Source: Malacoraja senta
Taxonomy: Eukaryota
DNA: 64,000 nt
Reading direction: 5' to 3'
NCBI GenBank assembly: GCA_038087875.1
Contig: CM075990.1
Span: 8,124,001 to 8,188,000 of the forward strand
Under the pieces are notes generated by a model. That model worked only from the letters and a program-made list of their open reading frames with translations, searched no databases and was not told where the DNA came from. Of the stretch, positions 24,063 through 36,588 are shown one piece after another (within the stretch, counting starts at the first letter, position 1; each line of letters starts with the position of its first letter). The position numbers and the translations under genes are program-made.

Positions 24063-24925
24063 TTAATGTTGCTGTAATCTTATATTCCTATCTGTACTGC
24101 ATATTATTCCACTAATCTATGTCATCGGCAAAAGATATATTGCCAGATTTATGTTGTGTAAAAATATATTAATATATTTATTTTAGATTCAAATTCAAGT
24201 AAACACACATTGTGGCTACCTGATGTTTATCTGAGCTAATACTGTCTTAAAATGGAGAACTTTATTAAACGCCTTCTGGAGTTTCATAGTGACTTTGAAA
24301 CGTATGTGAGCCAATTATAATTGTCATACATAACCTTCGTTAATATACATTGGATTTTCCAAATCAGCTCAAATATGCTAAAGACAGTCTATGTGTTGCA
24401 AGTTACAGATTCTGGTAACTTCACCATGACTGATGTTGTTTCTTCTGATTTCCTTGATTTGAGTTTCTCATCTTTCCTATACATAGCATAGCTGAAGGTT
24501 CAGTTGCTTCAACATATTGATCCAAGCATCTGCAAACCCTTGCCAGTTTCTGTAGAAGCCCGAGGGTGGAAGTCAGAACATGGGGATCGTTCAGTCTTTG
24601 GCACTGATATCCTTTATAATCCTGCTCGTATCCTTAGTTTACAGTTATTATTCCAGTCCTCGATTTATTAATTATCACCATTAATTATTCTCTTCCATCA
24701 CAATATGTATAATATAGAAACCAGGCCTATGCTAGTTATCATTCTTCATTGCAGCTCCAAGAACCTTCTTTGGTCTATTCTAATATTCTCCCAATGATTC
24801 TCCCCTCATCAGCTCCTCGTGGTACTCAGTTGCACATGTTCACCATTCAACAGACCCAAAGAGGTTTCCTCTGAATTACCTATCAGATTTAGTGGCACAG
24901 TTTATGTTTTTTTTCACCTGCAAAT

Positions 24926-25020
24926 GGAAGAAAGGTCTCGACCCGAAACATCACCTGTTCTTTTTCTCCATGTCTGCTGCCTGACCCGCTGAGTTACTCC
25001 AGCCTTTTGTGTCTGTCTTC
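24926..25020 (+). mobile_element. PLE pLTR fragment
   Basis: gaagaaaggtctcgacccgaaacatcacc...gagttactccagccttttgtgtc. Confidence 0.72.
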
Positions 25021-26127
25021 AATGGAAATACATCGCTCCACCTACCCGATTAAACAACTCCTTCACCTCCTTGATCTCCAGCAGCTCATCCATCCCTTAC
25101 CTTCATTTTTCGAGAAAAAAAAAAGTTTGTTCAATCATTTCTGATTGTTGTAATCTCTCGTTTCTATTCTGATCCCAGTAATTTTTATTGCATTTTCTTC
25201 TACACATTTAATTCCTTTTGTAATGTGATCAGAGCCATTTGCAGTATTGCAATTAAACTAACCAGATTTAATACAAATTTAATATGACTTATCTTCTTTT
25301 TTAAATTCTGTCCTTCTAGAAACGAGCTCCAGTGCTTAGATGGATGATCATTATAGCTTCCTTTAATGTCTCCCTACTTTTAGAATATTATGAATAAGTG
25401 CCTCTGAATATTATTGGTATCGTCATTCTTCTGACAAAGGGGGTCATCGTGCATTTACATGTATGGAGGTTCACTTGCTAATTCCATAACCATCCCAAAA
25501 GATTATTAATGTCAACCGATATTAGATTGCAGTTTTCCTCAGCATTAACTGCAATCCCTCCATTTTGGTGTCAAAGGCCAGATTTAAATATCCGTTTCAA
25601 TCATGAATGCAAAAAGATTTATGCAAATGCTGAACAGTAATGTTCCAGTCAATATCTTTGTAGAATATCTCTTCTAAACCTCTTTCCATTTTTGTAATCA
25701 CATTTAATATCTACAATTCATTTCTTATCTATTAGCAGCTTGCAATCAAATTTGCTCATTGCTGTCTCCACAGTTTCTGCTCACTAATGGCTTCTACCTG
25801 AACTGAGTGGTGGAGGGGTGGGGTGAAGTAGGTAATGGAAGATTGGGGTGGTGAGGATGGTGGAATGGTTGGATTGTTAGGGGATGGGGTTTGGAGGTCA
25901 TGGAAGAAACTTGGGTTGGTGGGGCATATGGGAGGTGTTGGTGGGAATAGGAACATGTGTGTGTGTGTCCTTCTGCTTTATGCATTACTGAGACATTCAT
26001 GTCCTTGTCCCCATGCCTTCAATGTCAGGCACAATTCTGTGCCTCTGTTTTCCAATGATATCTCACCCAAGTGATGTGTGAACCTTGGGATGCTTTGTAT
26101 CATCAAGCCATTTGATTGTGGGGAGCA

Positions 26128-26490
26128 TGTTGCAGGTCTGAGCTATAAGCAGAGGTTGAGCAGGCTAAGACTTTGTTCCTTGGAGCGCAGGAGGATGAGT
26201 TTGATCTTATAGAGGTGTATAAGATCATGAGAGGAATTCCTATCAAGTCCACATCACAAAATTAGAAATTGATCAGCCAGAGCTGAACACCCTTCTTGGC
26301 ATCTGCATACGATGGCTTCTTGTGCTTCTTGTGCAAAGATTGGCGGAAACAGGGCCGCGACGTGATCACTCTTTCCTTGACCCCCACGAGAGGAATTGAT
26401 AGGGTAAATGCACAGAGTCTTTTACCCAGAGTAGGGGAATCGAGAACCAGCGGACATAGGTTGAAGTTGAGGGGGGATCGATTTAATAGG
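26128..26490 (+). mobile_element. CR1 LINE fragment, interrupted
   Basis: ttggagcgcaggaggatga...gatcttatagaggtgtataagatcatgagaggaatt. gagaggaatt recurs at 26388 after a ~150-bp intervening sequence. Confidence 0.65.
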
Positions 26491-26872
26491 AGCATCAGAC
26501 CAATAAGGATGTTAAAAAAAAGCACATGTATACAAGTGTTGGTGTAACTCAGTGGGTCAGGCAGCATCACCAGAGGTCTTGGATAATTAAATACAGTCTG
26601 AAGAAGGGTCCTGACCTGTCCCTCTGAGTTACTCTGGCATTTATGTGTGATTTCGTTTGGTGAACTAGCATCAGCAGTTCTTTATGTATCCAATATGGAA
26701 ATGACACTTGTTAGGGTTATCTGTTCCCTATAAGGTTATCTCTTGAGTTCAGCATTATTTCACTGAGAGCTATTAACTGTGAATAAAAAATACAAAAATA
26801 AACATAGAATTTTGAACTTCTCCAGAGTTTCTGCTTCTATCTACAGGCCACCGTGTCATCTGGCCGAACCTA

Positions 26873-27470
26873 CCTGATCTCCCGTTTGCTGAACACTTTG
26901 ATTTACCTACCCATTCCCACACTGACCTTGGACTCCTCCATTGTCAGAGTGAGGCTAAATGCAAATTGGAGGAACAGCATTTCATATTTCGCTTGGGCAG
27001 CTGACAGCCCAGTGGTATCAATATTGATTTCTCTAACTTCAAGTAACCCCCGGCATTCCCTCCCTCTCTTTCTATCTCCCCCCCCCCAACTCAAGTTGCA
27101 CCAGCTCGTTTTCACCCAACAAACAGCTAACAATGTTTAAGAAGGAACTGCAGATGCGGGAAAATCTAAGGTAGACAAAAATGCTGGAAAACTGAGCGGG
27201 TGCAGCAGCATCTGTGGAGCGAAGGAAATAGGCAACGTTTTGGGCTGAAACCGTTCTTCAGACAGTGGCCTGTTTCCTTTATCATTGTAACTTTTTTGCA
27301 TTTCTTTCATTCATTGTTCTTTATCTCTCTACATCATCGTCTATATCTCTCAGTTTCCCTTTTCCCTATCTAGTCTGAAGAAGGGTCTCGACCTGAAACG
27401 TCACCCATTCCTTCTCTCCAGAGATGCTGCCTGTCCCGGCTGAGTTACTCCAGCTTTTTGTGTCTATCTA
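26873..27470 (+). mobile_element. Penelope-like element 3' end: GIY-YIG C-terminus, 3' UTR/pLTR and hammerhead, with a nested inverted arm at about 27136-27262
   Basis: 26873-27046 translates PDLPFAEHFDLPTHSHTDLGLLHCQSEAKCKLEEQHFIFRLGS*QPSGINIDFSNFK*. Core ctgaagaagggtctcgacctgaaacgtc at 27375-27402. Confidence 0.85.
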
Positions 27471-27612
27471 TATACATCTCTTTTTATTCTGAGATACTTT
27501 GAATTTCTTTCTTTGTTGTCTTTGATCCAGCATTTCTGAAATTCCTCAGCCTGAAAGCCACTTTCGTAGTTTCCTGCTTCTAATGTTTTCACTGGTGTGA
27601 CAACACCCAAAA

Positions 27613-27903
27613 CTTAGTTTAGTTTGAGATACAGCGCGGAAATAGGCCCAGTCCGCGTCGACCAACGATCCCCGCATATTAACACTATCCTACACCCACT
27701 AGGGACAGCTTTTACCTTTACCAAGTCAATTAACCTACAAACCTGTACGTCTTTCGAGTGTGGGAGGAAACTGGAGATTCCGGAGAAAACCCACGCAGGT
27801 CACGGGGAGAACGTACAAACGCCGTACAGACAGCACCCGTAGTTGGGATCAAACCCGGGTCATTCGCTGTAAGGCAGCAACCCTACCGCTGTGCCACCCT
27901 GCC
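27613..27903 (-). mobile_element. tRNA-derived V-SINE (HE1-like)
   Basis: (TTTAG)n tail, V-domain and tRNA head on the minus strand. Confidence 0.87.
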
Positions 27904-28361
27904 ACAAAACATGATCCCAAACATGTTACATTGGCTCGATTAATGTTTCTGCATATCGCCGGGCTATGCATCCTGCCTGTTGCTGGGTTACTCCTGCTGC
28001 CTGTTGCCTAGTTACTATTGTGCTGGGTTGCTCTTGCTCTTGCTCACTAAGGATGCGTTTGCCCAGGAGGTGATGCTCTGAGTAGTTTGATTGCCTTGAT
28101 ATATCATTGTAGTCTACAGAGTAATGTTCATAGACTGCTGCAATGGGATCAATAAACAAAGATTTTTCTCAATATATTTTATCACATCAAATCAATTCGT
28201 TTGCCGATAAAATGTTCACTGAAAGATATATTGAGCTGATCTTCCAGGTATATTGACAGGGAACTAATCAGCTACAATGTGAATGGTCCAATCCATAGGA
28301 TAATATGTTATTCCTATTCCTTTAACTGTCACCTTATTTTAATTCATGTCCAGAATGTCAG

Positions 28362-28658
28362 TAGACACAAAAAGCTGGAGTCACTCAGCGAGTCAATCAG
28401 CATCGTTGGAGAAAAGGAATAGGTTTCATTTCGGGTCGAGACCCTTCTTCAGACTGAGAGTCAGGAGAAAGGGAAATGAGAGATATAGACGGTGATGTAG
28501 AGAGATGTAGAACAAATGAATGAAAGATATGCAAAAAAAGGTAACGATGATAAAGGAAACAGGCCATTGTTAGCTGTGGACGAGTACAGACAATGAGACT
28601 CAACAAGATGACTTTGAAGCTGGTATGACTGGGGTGGGGGAGGGACGGAGAGAGAGTG
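28362..28658 (-). mobile_element. PLE 3' UTR/pLTR fragment
   Basis: Minus-strand core at 28428-28452 (atttcgggtcgagacccttcttcag) plus upstream UTR matching 27050-27370. Confidence 0.8.
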
Positions 28659-29081
28659 GATGTTGCTGAGAAGGTCTCCATATATTGCTCAGCCGTCAGT
28701 TCCCTTAAGGAGGTGATGGTGAACTATCTTCTCACGATGAAGGTACCCTCTGTTTCCTGACTGTTCCAGAAGATTGTTTGGAGACTTCATATTTGACCCA
28801 GAGCAGAGCAACTGGTCGGTACATTTGATTCAAAGCAGCATCGTATTTAGCATCCCTCGGCTGTGTGGTTAAAATTGAGGAAGAACCCTGTAGGAAGGTT
28901 CAATCCATAGGATAATGTGTTATCCAATTCCTATAACTGTCACCTTTTATTGATTCATGTCCAGTACGTGGACGTTGCTGAGAAGGTTCCCATGTGCTGC
29001 TTTGCCCTGAGTGCCCTTGAGAGGGTATTGGTGAACCATTGTCTCTCTTTGAACATTGTGTCTGTTTCCTGAATTTTTTAT

Positions 29082-29209
29082 TAGTTTAGCCTATTTTTTT
29101 AGTTTGGAGATACAGGGAAACAGGCCCTTCGTCCCACCGAGTCCGCTCCGACCAGCAATCCCCGCACATTAACCCGACCACACACACACACAAAAATAAA
29201 TCCCCCCCC

Positions 29210-29268
<59 letters not shown>

Positions 29269-29377
29269 TGTGTGTGTGTGTGTGTGTGTGTCTGTGTCTG
29301 TGTCTGTCTGTGTCTGTCTGTGTCTGTGTGTGTCTGTGTCTGTGTCTGTGTCTGTGTCTGTGTCTGTGTCTGTGTCT

Positions 29378-29434
<57 letters not shown>

Positions 29435-29483
29435 TGTGTCTGTGTCTGTGTCTGTGTCTGTGTCTGTGTCTGTGTCTGTGTCT

Positions 29484-29524
<41 letters not shown>

Positions 29525-30013
29525 TGTGTCTGTGTCTGTGTCTGTGTCTGTGTCTGTGTCTGTGTGTCTGTGTGTCTGTGTGTCTGTGTGTCTGTGTGTC
29601 TGTGTGTCTGTGTGTCTGTGTGTCTGTGTGTCTGTGTGTCTGTGTGTGTCTGTGTGTGTCTGTGTGTGTCTGTGTGTGTCTGTGTGTGTCTGTGTGTGTC
29701 TGTGTGTGTCTGTGTGTGTCTGTGTGTGTCTGTGTGTGTCTGTGTGTGTCTGTGTGTGTCTGTGTGTGTCTGTGTGTGTCTGTGTGTGTCTGTGTGTGTC
29801 TGTGTGTGTCTGTGTGTTTTTAATTAAAAAAAACACAAACACAAAAAAAAAAAATCCCCCCCCCCCCCCATGGGAGGAAACCAAAGATCTCGGAGAAAAC
29901 CCCCGCGGGTCACGGGGAGAACGTGCAAACCCCGTACAGACTGCACCCATAGTCAGGATCGAACCCGGGTCTCTGGCGCTCTAAGGCAGTAGCTCTACTG
30001 CTGTGCCACCCTG
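29082..30013 (-). mobile_element. tRNA-derived V-SINE containing an expanded microsatellite
   Basis: SINE tail 29082-29180 and head/V-domain 29870-30013. Confidence 0.8.
29213..29817. repeat. Compound microsatellite (TG)n/(TGTGTC)n/(TGTGTGTC)n/(TGTGTGTGTC)n
   Basis: Directly visible. Confidence 0.97.
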
Positions 30014-30126
30014 TGGTATGAATGTGTTGTAAGAAGACAGTTTGGAGACTTCATATTTGACCCAGATCAGAGCAACTGGTCGGTACATTTGATTCAAACC
30101 AGCACCGTCTTTAGCATCCCTAGGCT

Positions 30127-30767
30127 TTGATGACCTCGAAAAGATCATCCACACCTTTATCTCCTCCCGCCTAGATTACTGCAACTCCCTTTACACTGGC
30201 ATCAGCCAATCTTCCCTGTCCCGCCTGCAACTGGTCCAAAACGCCGCAGCGAGACTCCTGACGGGCACCCGAAAAAGGGACCACATCACCCCGATCCTGG
30301 CCTCTCTCCACTGGCTCCCTGTGCGGTTCCGTATACATTTCAAGATCCGCCTCTATGTCTACAAAGCCCTCAATGGGCTTGCCCCCACCTACATTAAAAG
30401 TCTTCTCACCCACCACTCCACCTCCAGGCCCCTCAGATCGGCCGACTTGGGGTTGCTGAATATCCCGCGGTCTAGGCATAAGCTCAGGGGCGACCGGGCC
30501 TTTGCGGTTGCAGCTCCTAGACTGTGGAACAGCATCCCCCTTCCCATCAGAACTGCCCCCTCCATCGACTCCTTTAAGTCAAGACTAAAAACGTATCTAT
30601 ACTCCCAAGCCTTTCTTGACGTCCTCTGAGCGAGGGCTATATGTATATATGTATGTAGTTTGTTTGTTTATACTATTCTTATAACAAATGTAAAGCACTT
30701 TGGCCAACGAGAGTTGTTTTTTAAATGTGCTATATAAATAAATGTGACTTGACTTGACTTGACTTGA
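30127..30767 (+). mobile_element. L2-clade LINE, 5'-truncated
   Basis: Open frame 30126-30629: SSRLDYCNSL...LQLVQNAAARLL...HITPILASLHWLPV...RAFAVAAPRLWNSIP...FKSRLKTYLY. (GACTT)n tail; ctaggct at 30120-30126 and 30768-30774. Confidence 0.93.
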
Positions 30768-31938
30768 CTAGGCTGTGTGGTTAAAACTGAGGAAGAACGC
30801 AGCAGGAAGGTTAGCAAAAACCTAATGGACCGATTGGCAAACAGAAAAGTGGTAAAGACATCAATACAGAGGATGGCATGTGCATGTGTAGAAGGGTCTA
30901 CTCGACCTGAAACACCAACCATCAGTGGTAAAGTTCCCATTTGTCGCATGTATCATCCTATTTTATTGAATGTCTTTTTTCAAATTTTTAATCTCAACCA
31001 CATAGTACGACCGTCAGTTTATAAGCTTATTTCCCGTGACAATTTCTTACCTCTTCACCTTGCGCGTATGCGTGTGTCTATGTATGTATACAAAAAATAT
31101 TTGTGTGCAAGTGAGACCGAGTGTGCGAGTGAGATTGAGTCTGAGTTTATGCGTGAGTGAAAGAGAGAGAAGGATTAGTTACAGGAATATCCCTGGGAAG
31201 GTTTAGAAATGCTGGTGATCTGGTAAAGTGAATCTAGTGCGATTGCCTCTTGTCAGTATTTGCAACGCACATACGATGTGCAGGCTCTAACAGGACACAG
31301 AATCAAATGGACGTGAAGCATAGGCAGCCCTGGTGTGAACAGTGAGAGCAATCTGCCAGATGATCAATAGAAAGAGAACAAGGCCCGTTGATTGGAGACA
31401 TTAGCTCAAACCAGGCTACTAGTGATGCCATTGTATAAACCCTTAATGGGTATCAAAAACATTCTGTCTCTATTCTTGTAAAAGAGTCATTACACTTAAC
31501 TGGGTGTGAAACCTGGTGCAAAACCACCAACTTTTTGGTTTAACTAAAGTGCATTTTGTGGTCATGAATCAATGTCCATTGTGTACACTCGTGATGGAAC
31601 ATACTGTATTTGGAGCAGGGGTAGACCACGTGACCCATCGAGATTGCTCCGTCATTGATAAAGATCGTGACTGACTCACTTCAGCAATATTTTCTTACTC
31701 TGTTCCCATACCCCCCTCGTTCTGCTACTCTTAACATCCAACAATTGATCAAGCTCTGATAAGAATGAACTGAATAAATGAGCTTGCGCATCCCATCCCT
31801 TTCATGTCATCGTATTCATGAGCTTTAATTCCATTCGCTTTAAATTGATGGGAAATGTGATTTTGCAGAAAAAGATTCATGAGTTTTCCCAGGACTGGAG
31901 AGTTTGGAGTGTGATGGGAACAATGTTATTCCAGTGTT

Positions 31939-32145
31939 GGAAGGAACTGCAGATGCTGGTTTAAACTGAAGATAGAAACAAAATCCTGGAGTAACTCAGC
32001 GGGACAGGCAACATCTCTGGATAGAAGGAATGGGTAACATTTCTGGTCGAGACCCTTCTTCAGTCTGAAGTGCTTCAGACTTTAGTCTCCAGCATTTTGT
32101 GTCTACCTTCGGTTTAAACCAGCTTTTGAAGTGCCTTCCTACACA
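31939..32145. mobile_element. PLE-derived foldback element
   Basis: Arm ggaaggaactgcagatgctgg..., minus-strand core near 32037-32063, partial right arm ending ttcctacac. Confidence 0.78.
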
Positions 32146-32671
32146 TTTGAAGATGCCTAGTTTTCTAGCATCCCTTGGATTTCAGCACGATAGCTGAGGC
32201 AGTAGAATGCGTTACTGTGTGTTTACACACTGAACACACAAACATGAGTGGGTCAGCATATACTGAATGCTGTGGGAACTAGAAGATAGACACAAAATGC
32301 TGGAGTAACTCAGCGGGACAGGCAGCATCTCTGGAGAGAAGGAACCAGGTTGGTTTTGGACATTGTTTTCTGGCCTGTCATTCACGGGCTGTGCTAAAAG
32401 GCTGCCATTTGGTGAGAAGGCTATTACCAACGAAGTAGGGATGACTGTATAATTTCCCTGTCAGTCAGTCTGGATGACCACGCTGCTATGAGAGGCTGGG
32501 ATTGATTTTGCAGTGTGTGATTCATGCGTATCATCCACTCTATGCATTTTTCTAAAAATAACCCTTATTTTATTGGAAGGATTTGCAGTGGATGATACCT
32601 TTTTCTGCACATTAAATGGGCTGTTTTCTGAGTAAATTCGTGTTGCTTTATAGCACTGAACTCAGTTACAC

Positions 32672-32850
32672 AGAAGATAAACCAATAATGCTGGAGTAAC
32701 TCAGCGGGACAGGCAACATCTCAAGGAATGGGTGACGTTTCTGGTCGAGACCCATTCCTTCTATCCAGAGATGCTGCCTGTCCCACTGAGTTACTTCAGC
32801 ATTTTGTGTCTATCTTCAGTTTAAACCAGCATCTGCAGTTCCTTCCTACT
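32672..32850. mobile_element. PLE-derived foldback element
   Basis: Arms fused within hammerhead stem II (ggtcgagacccattcc); actcagtta repeated on both flanks. Confidence 0.8.
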
Positions 32851-33023
32851 CAGTTATACAGAACCAGTTGCCGTGTGGTCGATGAAAACTCTGATGTTAA
32901 AATGGATGGAACAGGCAAGGTGATGTTTTATTCCAGCTCAGGAATATCTGCATTTTACCTAAAGACACTTAAAATGGATGTCTTGCCACATCACAGCCAT
33001 TATGTAGCTATGTGTCTCTCAAA

Positions 33024-33345
33024 GACTAGATGTTGTAGGTTTAAGTTGAGGGGCAAAGTTTAAAGATGATGTACAGGGCAAGATTTTCCCCAGGGGTTGA
33101 TGGGTGCCTGGAACGTGCTGTCGGGGGGGGGGGGGGGGGGGGGGTGGGGGGGGGAGGTGGTGGGTGGTGGAAGCAGATGCAATAATGGCATTGTAGAGGC
33201 TTTTTAGATAGGCATATGGAAATGTGGGGAATTTTGGGGTATTGATAATGCGCAGGCAGAGGAGATTAGATTAACCTAACATCATATTTGACACATACAT
33301 TGTGGGCTGAAGGACCTGTTCCTGCACTGCAGTCTTCCATGTTCT
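33024..33345 (+). mobile_element. CR1 LINE 3' end with poly-G tract
   Basis: ggtgcctggaacgtgctg...gggctgaaggacctgttcctgcactg. Confidence 0.7.
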
Positions 33346-33481
33346 TTATTTTATTAATAACAAGCCCTGATATTTCCATTGAAGATTCCGAGATGAAATT
33401 GGCAGCCATGTAAAGCTTTTTGCTTTGCAACAGAGAATGATAAGAGATGTGCAGCTGTAAAATGATGCAGAGTGTAAAGAA

Positions 33482-33782
33482 AGGCAGCACGGTGGCACAG
33501 CGGTTGAATTGATGCCTTACGGCGCCAGAGACCCGGTTCAATCCTGAATATGGGTGCTGTCTGTACGGAGTTTGCATGTTCGCCCCGTGACACGCGTGGA
33601 TTTTCCCCGCGTGCTACGGTTTCTTCCCACACTCCAAAGATATACAGGATTTTTCAGTTAATTGGATTTGGTATAAATTGTAAATTGTCCCTAATGTGTG
33701 TAGGATAGTGTTAGTGTGCGGGGATCGCTGGTCGCCATACGCCAAAGGGGCTGTTTCCACTCTGTATCTCTAAACTAAACTT
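33482..33782 (+). mobile_element. tRNA-derived V-SINE (HE1-like)
   Basis: ggcagcacggtggcacagcggtt head, V-domain, ctaaactaaac tail. Confidence 0.88.
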
Positions 33783-34299
33783 AAGGGGCCCCAAGCAGAA
33801 ATGTCACCTCTCCATGTTCTCCAGAGATGGTGCCTGACCTGCTGAGTTACTCCAGCACTTTGTATCTTTCACAGCTGTGCAGATGTTTGCTGTAGACCTG
33901 ATAGTTGGGAGCTTTCCTCAATACAAAGTGCAGAATAAATATCATCAAAAGTCACTGCAAATTTCTACAAAAGATAATGTGAAATTGTCCAAGTGATTGT
34001 TGTACACGGCCCCACTATCGGTAACTTCAGCTTTAATGTGAAGGGTGAATGCGAATAAGAAGTGTGCTTGAATTAAAAATGACAGCCAATCACCGCATCC
34101 TCTCAAGAGTGCTCCAGGGTCAGTCTTGATGAAGTAGATTAAAATATATTAGCTCTTCTCTGAAACATTGGCATTCTACTGATTTGTACAAGCCCAAAAC
34201 TAGCTGTCTCAGGAATAAAATGTCATTCATCACTGAAATATTTATCCAGACAGGCCTGAAATGCAGTTTCTGGAAGATCTCTGAGGATTTGAATTGACA

Positions 34300-34612
34300 G
34301 TGCGTGTGTGTGCATGTGCATCTGTGTGTGCGTGTGCGTCTGTGTGCGTGTGTGCGTCTGTGTGCATGTGTGTGCGTGTGTGTGCGTGTGCGTCTGTGTG
34401 CGTGTGTGTGTGCGTGTGCGTCTGTCTGTGTGCGTCTGTGTGTGTGTGTCTGCGTGCGTGTCTGTACATGTGTGTCTGTGTGCGTATGTGTCTGCACGTG
34501 TGTGTCTGTACGTGTGTGTCTGTATACATGTGTGTCTGTGTGTCTGTGTGGGGGAGGGAGATGGGAGAGGGAGAGGGAGAGATGAGGGGGAGAGGGAGAG
34601 AGAGAGAGAGAC
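34300..34612. repeat. Imperfect (TG)-rich microsatellite followed by (GA)-rich tract
   Basis: Directly visible. Confidence 0.92.
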
Positions 34613-35335
34613 TCCATTCCTCATTGGGTAGGTGTCTTGTCATCTGTCCCTGTTTTTATGTCTGCTGTGATGAGAACGTGGCAGCTTTGATCACATTGAC
34701 TAAGTCACTGAATGAGTAGAACAGAGACTTGGATGAATGGTCGCTGGGAAATTTTAATTCAATTAATGAAATACATTTGGAGTACATTTTTTAAATTAGT
34801 AACAATAAGTAATAAATTGTTGGATTGGATTGCTGCAAAAATGCAACTAGTTCACTGTACATTGGGAAGAGACTCTACTGGTCAATGTATAACTCTGGAA
34901 TTCCCATTAACTACACTGCTCTATGAGATGGACAAGTGGACCATTATCTGTAATCCATTTTTTAGTTTTTAATTTGTGGGTTTGGCTCCAGACTTCAATG
35001 TGTTTATTGTTTTTCTTTGCTGGAGGGGCCAAGAAAGCAGGAACACATGAGGTTGGTCTGGAGTATGGGACATTATTGGCCCGGTGTTCTTGCATCAAGG
35101 ACAAAATATATTAAACAGCTGTAAAGAAAACCGCTAAGAACAAATCCTCACACGCACTGTGCTGTAGTTCATAAAGGTTCCCTTCTTTATTCAAATGGCA
35201 TCAGTTAACAATGATTCTGAGTTAAGGTCTGAAGAATGGTCCCGACCTGAGACGCCATCTGTCCATGCTGCCTGAAGTCTTGACTCCCTCCAACAGTATG
35301 TTTTCAAGGTTTCAGCATCTATTGTCTCTTGTGCT

Positions 35336-35750
35336 AAACACAAAATGCTGGGTTAACTCAGCGGGTCAGGCAGCATCTCTGGAGAAAAGGAATGGGTGAT
35401 GTTTTGGGTCAAAACCCTTCATCAGACTTCTGTTGTTCCCTAATTAAACGTTATTCCCTTATCATGTATCTATACACTGTAAATGGCTCGATTGTAATCA
35501 TGTATTGTCTTGATGCTGACTGGTTAGCACGCAATAAAAGCTTTTCACCGTACCTCTGTACCACGTGACAATAAACTAAACTGAACTGAACTCGCTGAGA
35601 ACAAATTTTATTTCTTAACCTTCTGTCTGATGAAGGGTCTTGACCCGAAAAGACATCTGTTCATTTCCTCCAGAGATGCTGCCTGGCCCATTAAGTTACT
35701 CTAGCATTTTGTGTTTATCTTCGGAGTAAACCAGCATCTGCAGTTACACA
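35336..35750. mobile_element. PLE-derived inverted element enclosing a LINE 3' tail
   Basis: Left arm 35336-35427 (minus core acccttcatcag) and right arm 35624-35750 (ctgatgaagggtcttgacccgaaa). Middle 35440-35592 matches 38028-38195. Confidence 0.72.
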
Positions 35751-35867
35751 TGTACTCTCCTGTGTTTTCATTTTTTGTTTTATTTATTTGTTTTGTAGAA
35801 TGTGGATGCAATGGGTAACTTGTCGCCCGTCTCCAATTGTCTGTGTTTTCCCACAAGCGTATTCCCA

Positions 35868-36161
35868 GGGCGGCACGGTGGCTTACTACCTTACAGCACC
35901 AAAGACCTGGGTTCGATCCTGACTACGGATGCTGTCTGTATGGAGTTTGTATGTTCTCCCCATGACCTCGTGGGTTTTCTACGAGATCTTCGGTTTCCTC
36001 CCACACTCCAAGGACATACAGGTTTGTAGGTTAATTGGCTTTGTATAAATGTAAAAATTGCCCCTAGTTTGTGTAGTGTAGTGTTAATGTGCGGGGATCG
36101 CTGGTCGTTGCAGACTCGGTGGGCTGAAGAGCCTGTTTCTGCACTGTATCTCCAAACTAAA
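35868..36161 (+). mobile_element. tRNA-derived V-SINE (HE1-like)
   Basis: gggcggcacggtgg head, ggttcgatcc B-box, V-domain, aaactaaa tail. Confidence 0.88.
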
Positions 36162-36256
36162 CGTCTCGTGCATGCAGATATCCCAGGTCTGGCACTCGAG
36201 GTCTGATGTGCAGGGAGGACCTGACCTATGGGGAGAGTTTCGGCAGTCTAAGACTA

Positions 36257-36588
36257 ATAGCCCTGTCCCACGGTACGAGTTCATTCCAAGAGCTCTCCTG
36301 AGTTTTAAAAAAATCAAACTCGTAGTAAGCACGGAGAATGAACGTAGCGGGTACGTCGGAGCTCGGGGACGTCTCTTAGCGGCTCGTAACGCTAACGGCA
36401 GGTACTCGGGAAGACCCGCTAACGGCAGGTAAGCACGGGAAGACTCGTGAAGATTTTTCAACATGTTGAAAAATGTCCACGAGAGCCCCGAGTACCGACG
36501 AGTGGCCATTACCGTAAATCTCCGAGTTCGAATCAGGGCAAACTCGTGAGAGCTCTTGGAATGAACTCGTACCGTGGGACAGGGCTTT
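36257..36588. mobile_element. MITE, TA-flanked, TIR (A/T)AGCCCTGTCCCACGGTACGAGTTCATTCCAAGAGCTCTC
   Basis: About 40-bp near-perfect TIRs; TA at 36255-36256 and 36589-36590; CpG-rich interior. Confidence 0.9.

Larger units (their letters stand above)
28289..30812. repeat. Old tandem duplication of a ~315-bp unit (copy 1 28289-28900, copy 2 28901-30812)
   Basis: Both copies start caatccataggataat and end aggaaggtt, sharing gtttggagacttcatatttgacccaga...cagagcaactggtcggtacatttgattcaaa. Each copy has different TE insertions. Confidence 0.85.

Noticed and set aside
29099..29984. Long ORFs of 200-283 aa (CV/HT repeats)
   Set aside because: They are translations of the stop-free TG microsatellite.
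34120..34719. Overlapping ORFs of 93-165 aa on both strands
   Set aside because: They arise from TG/GA simple repeats.
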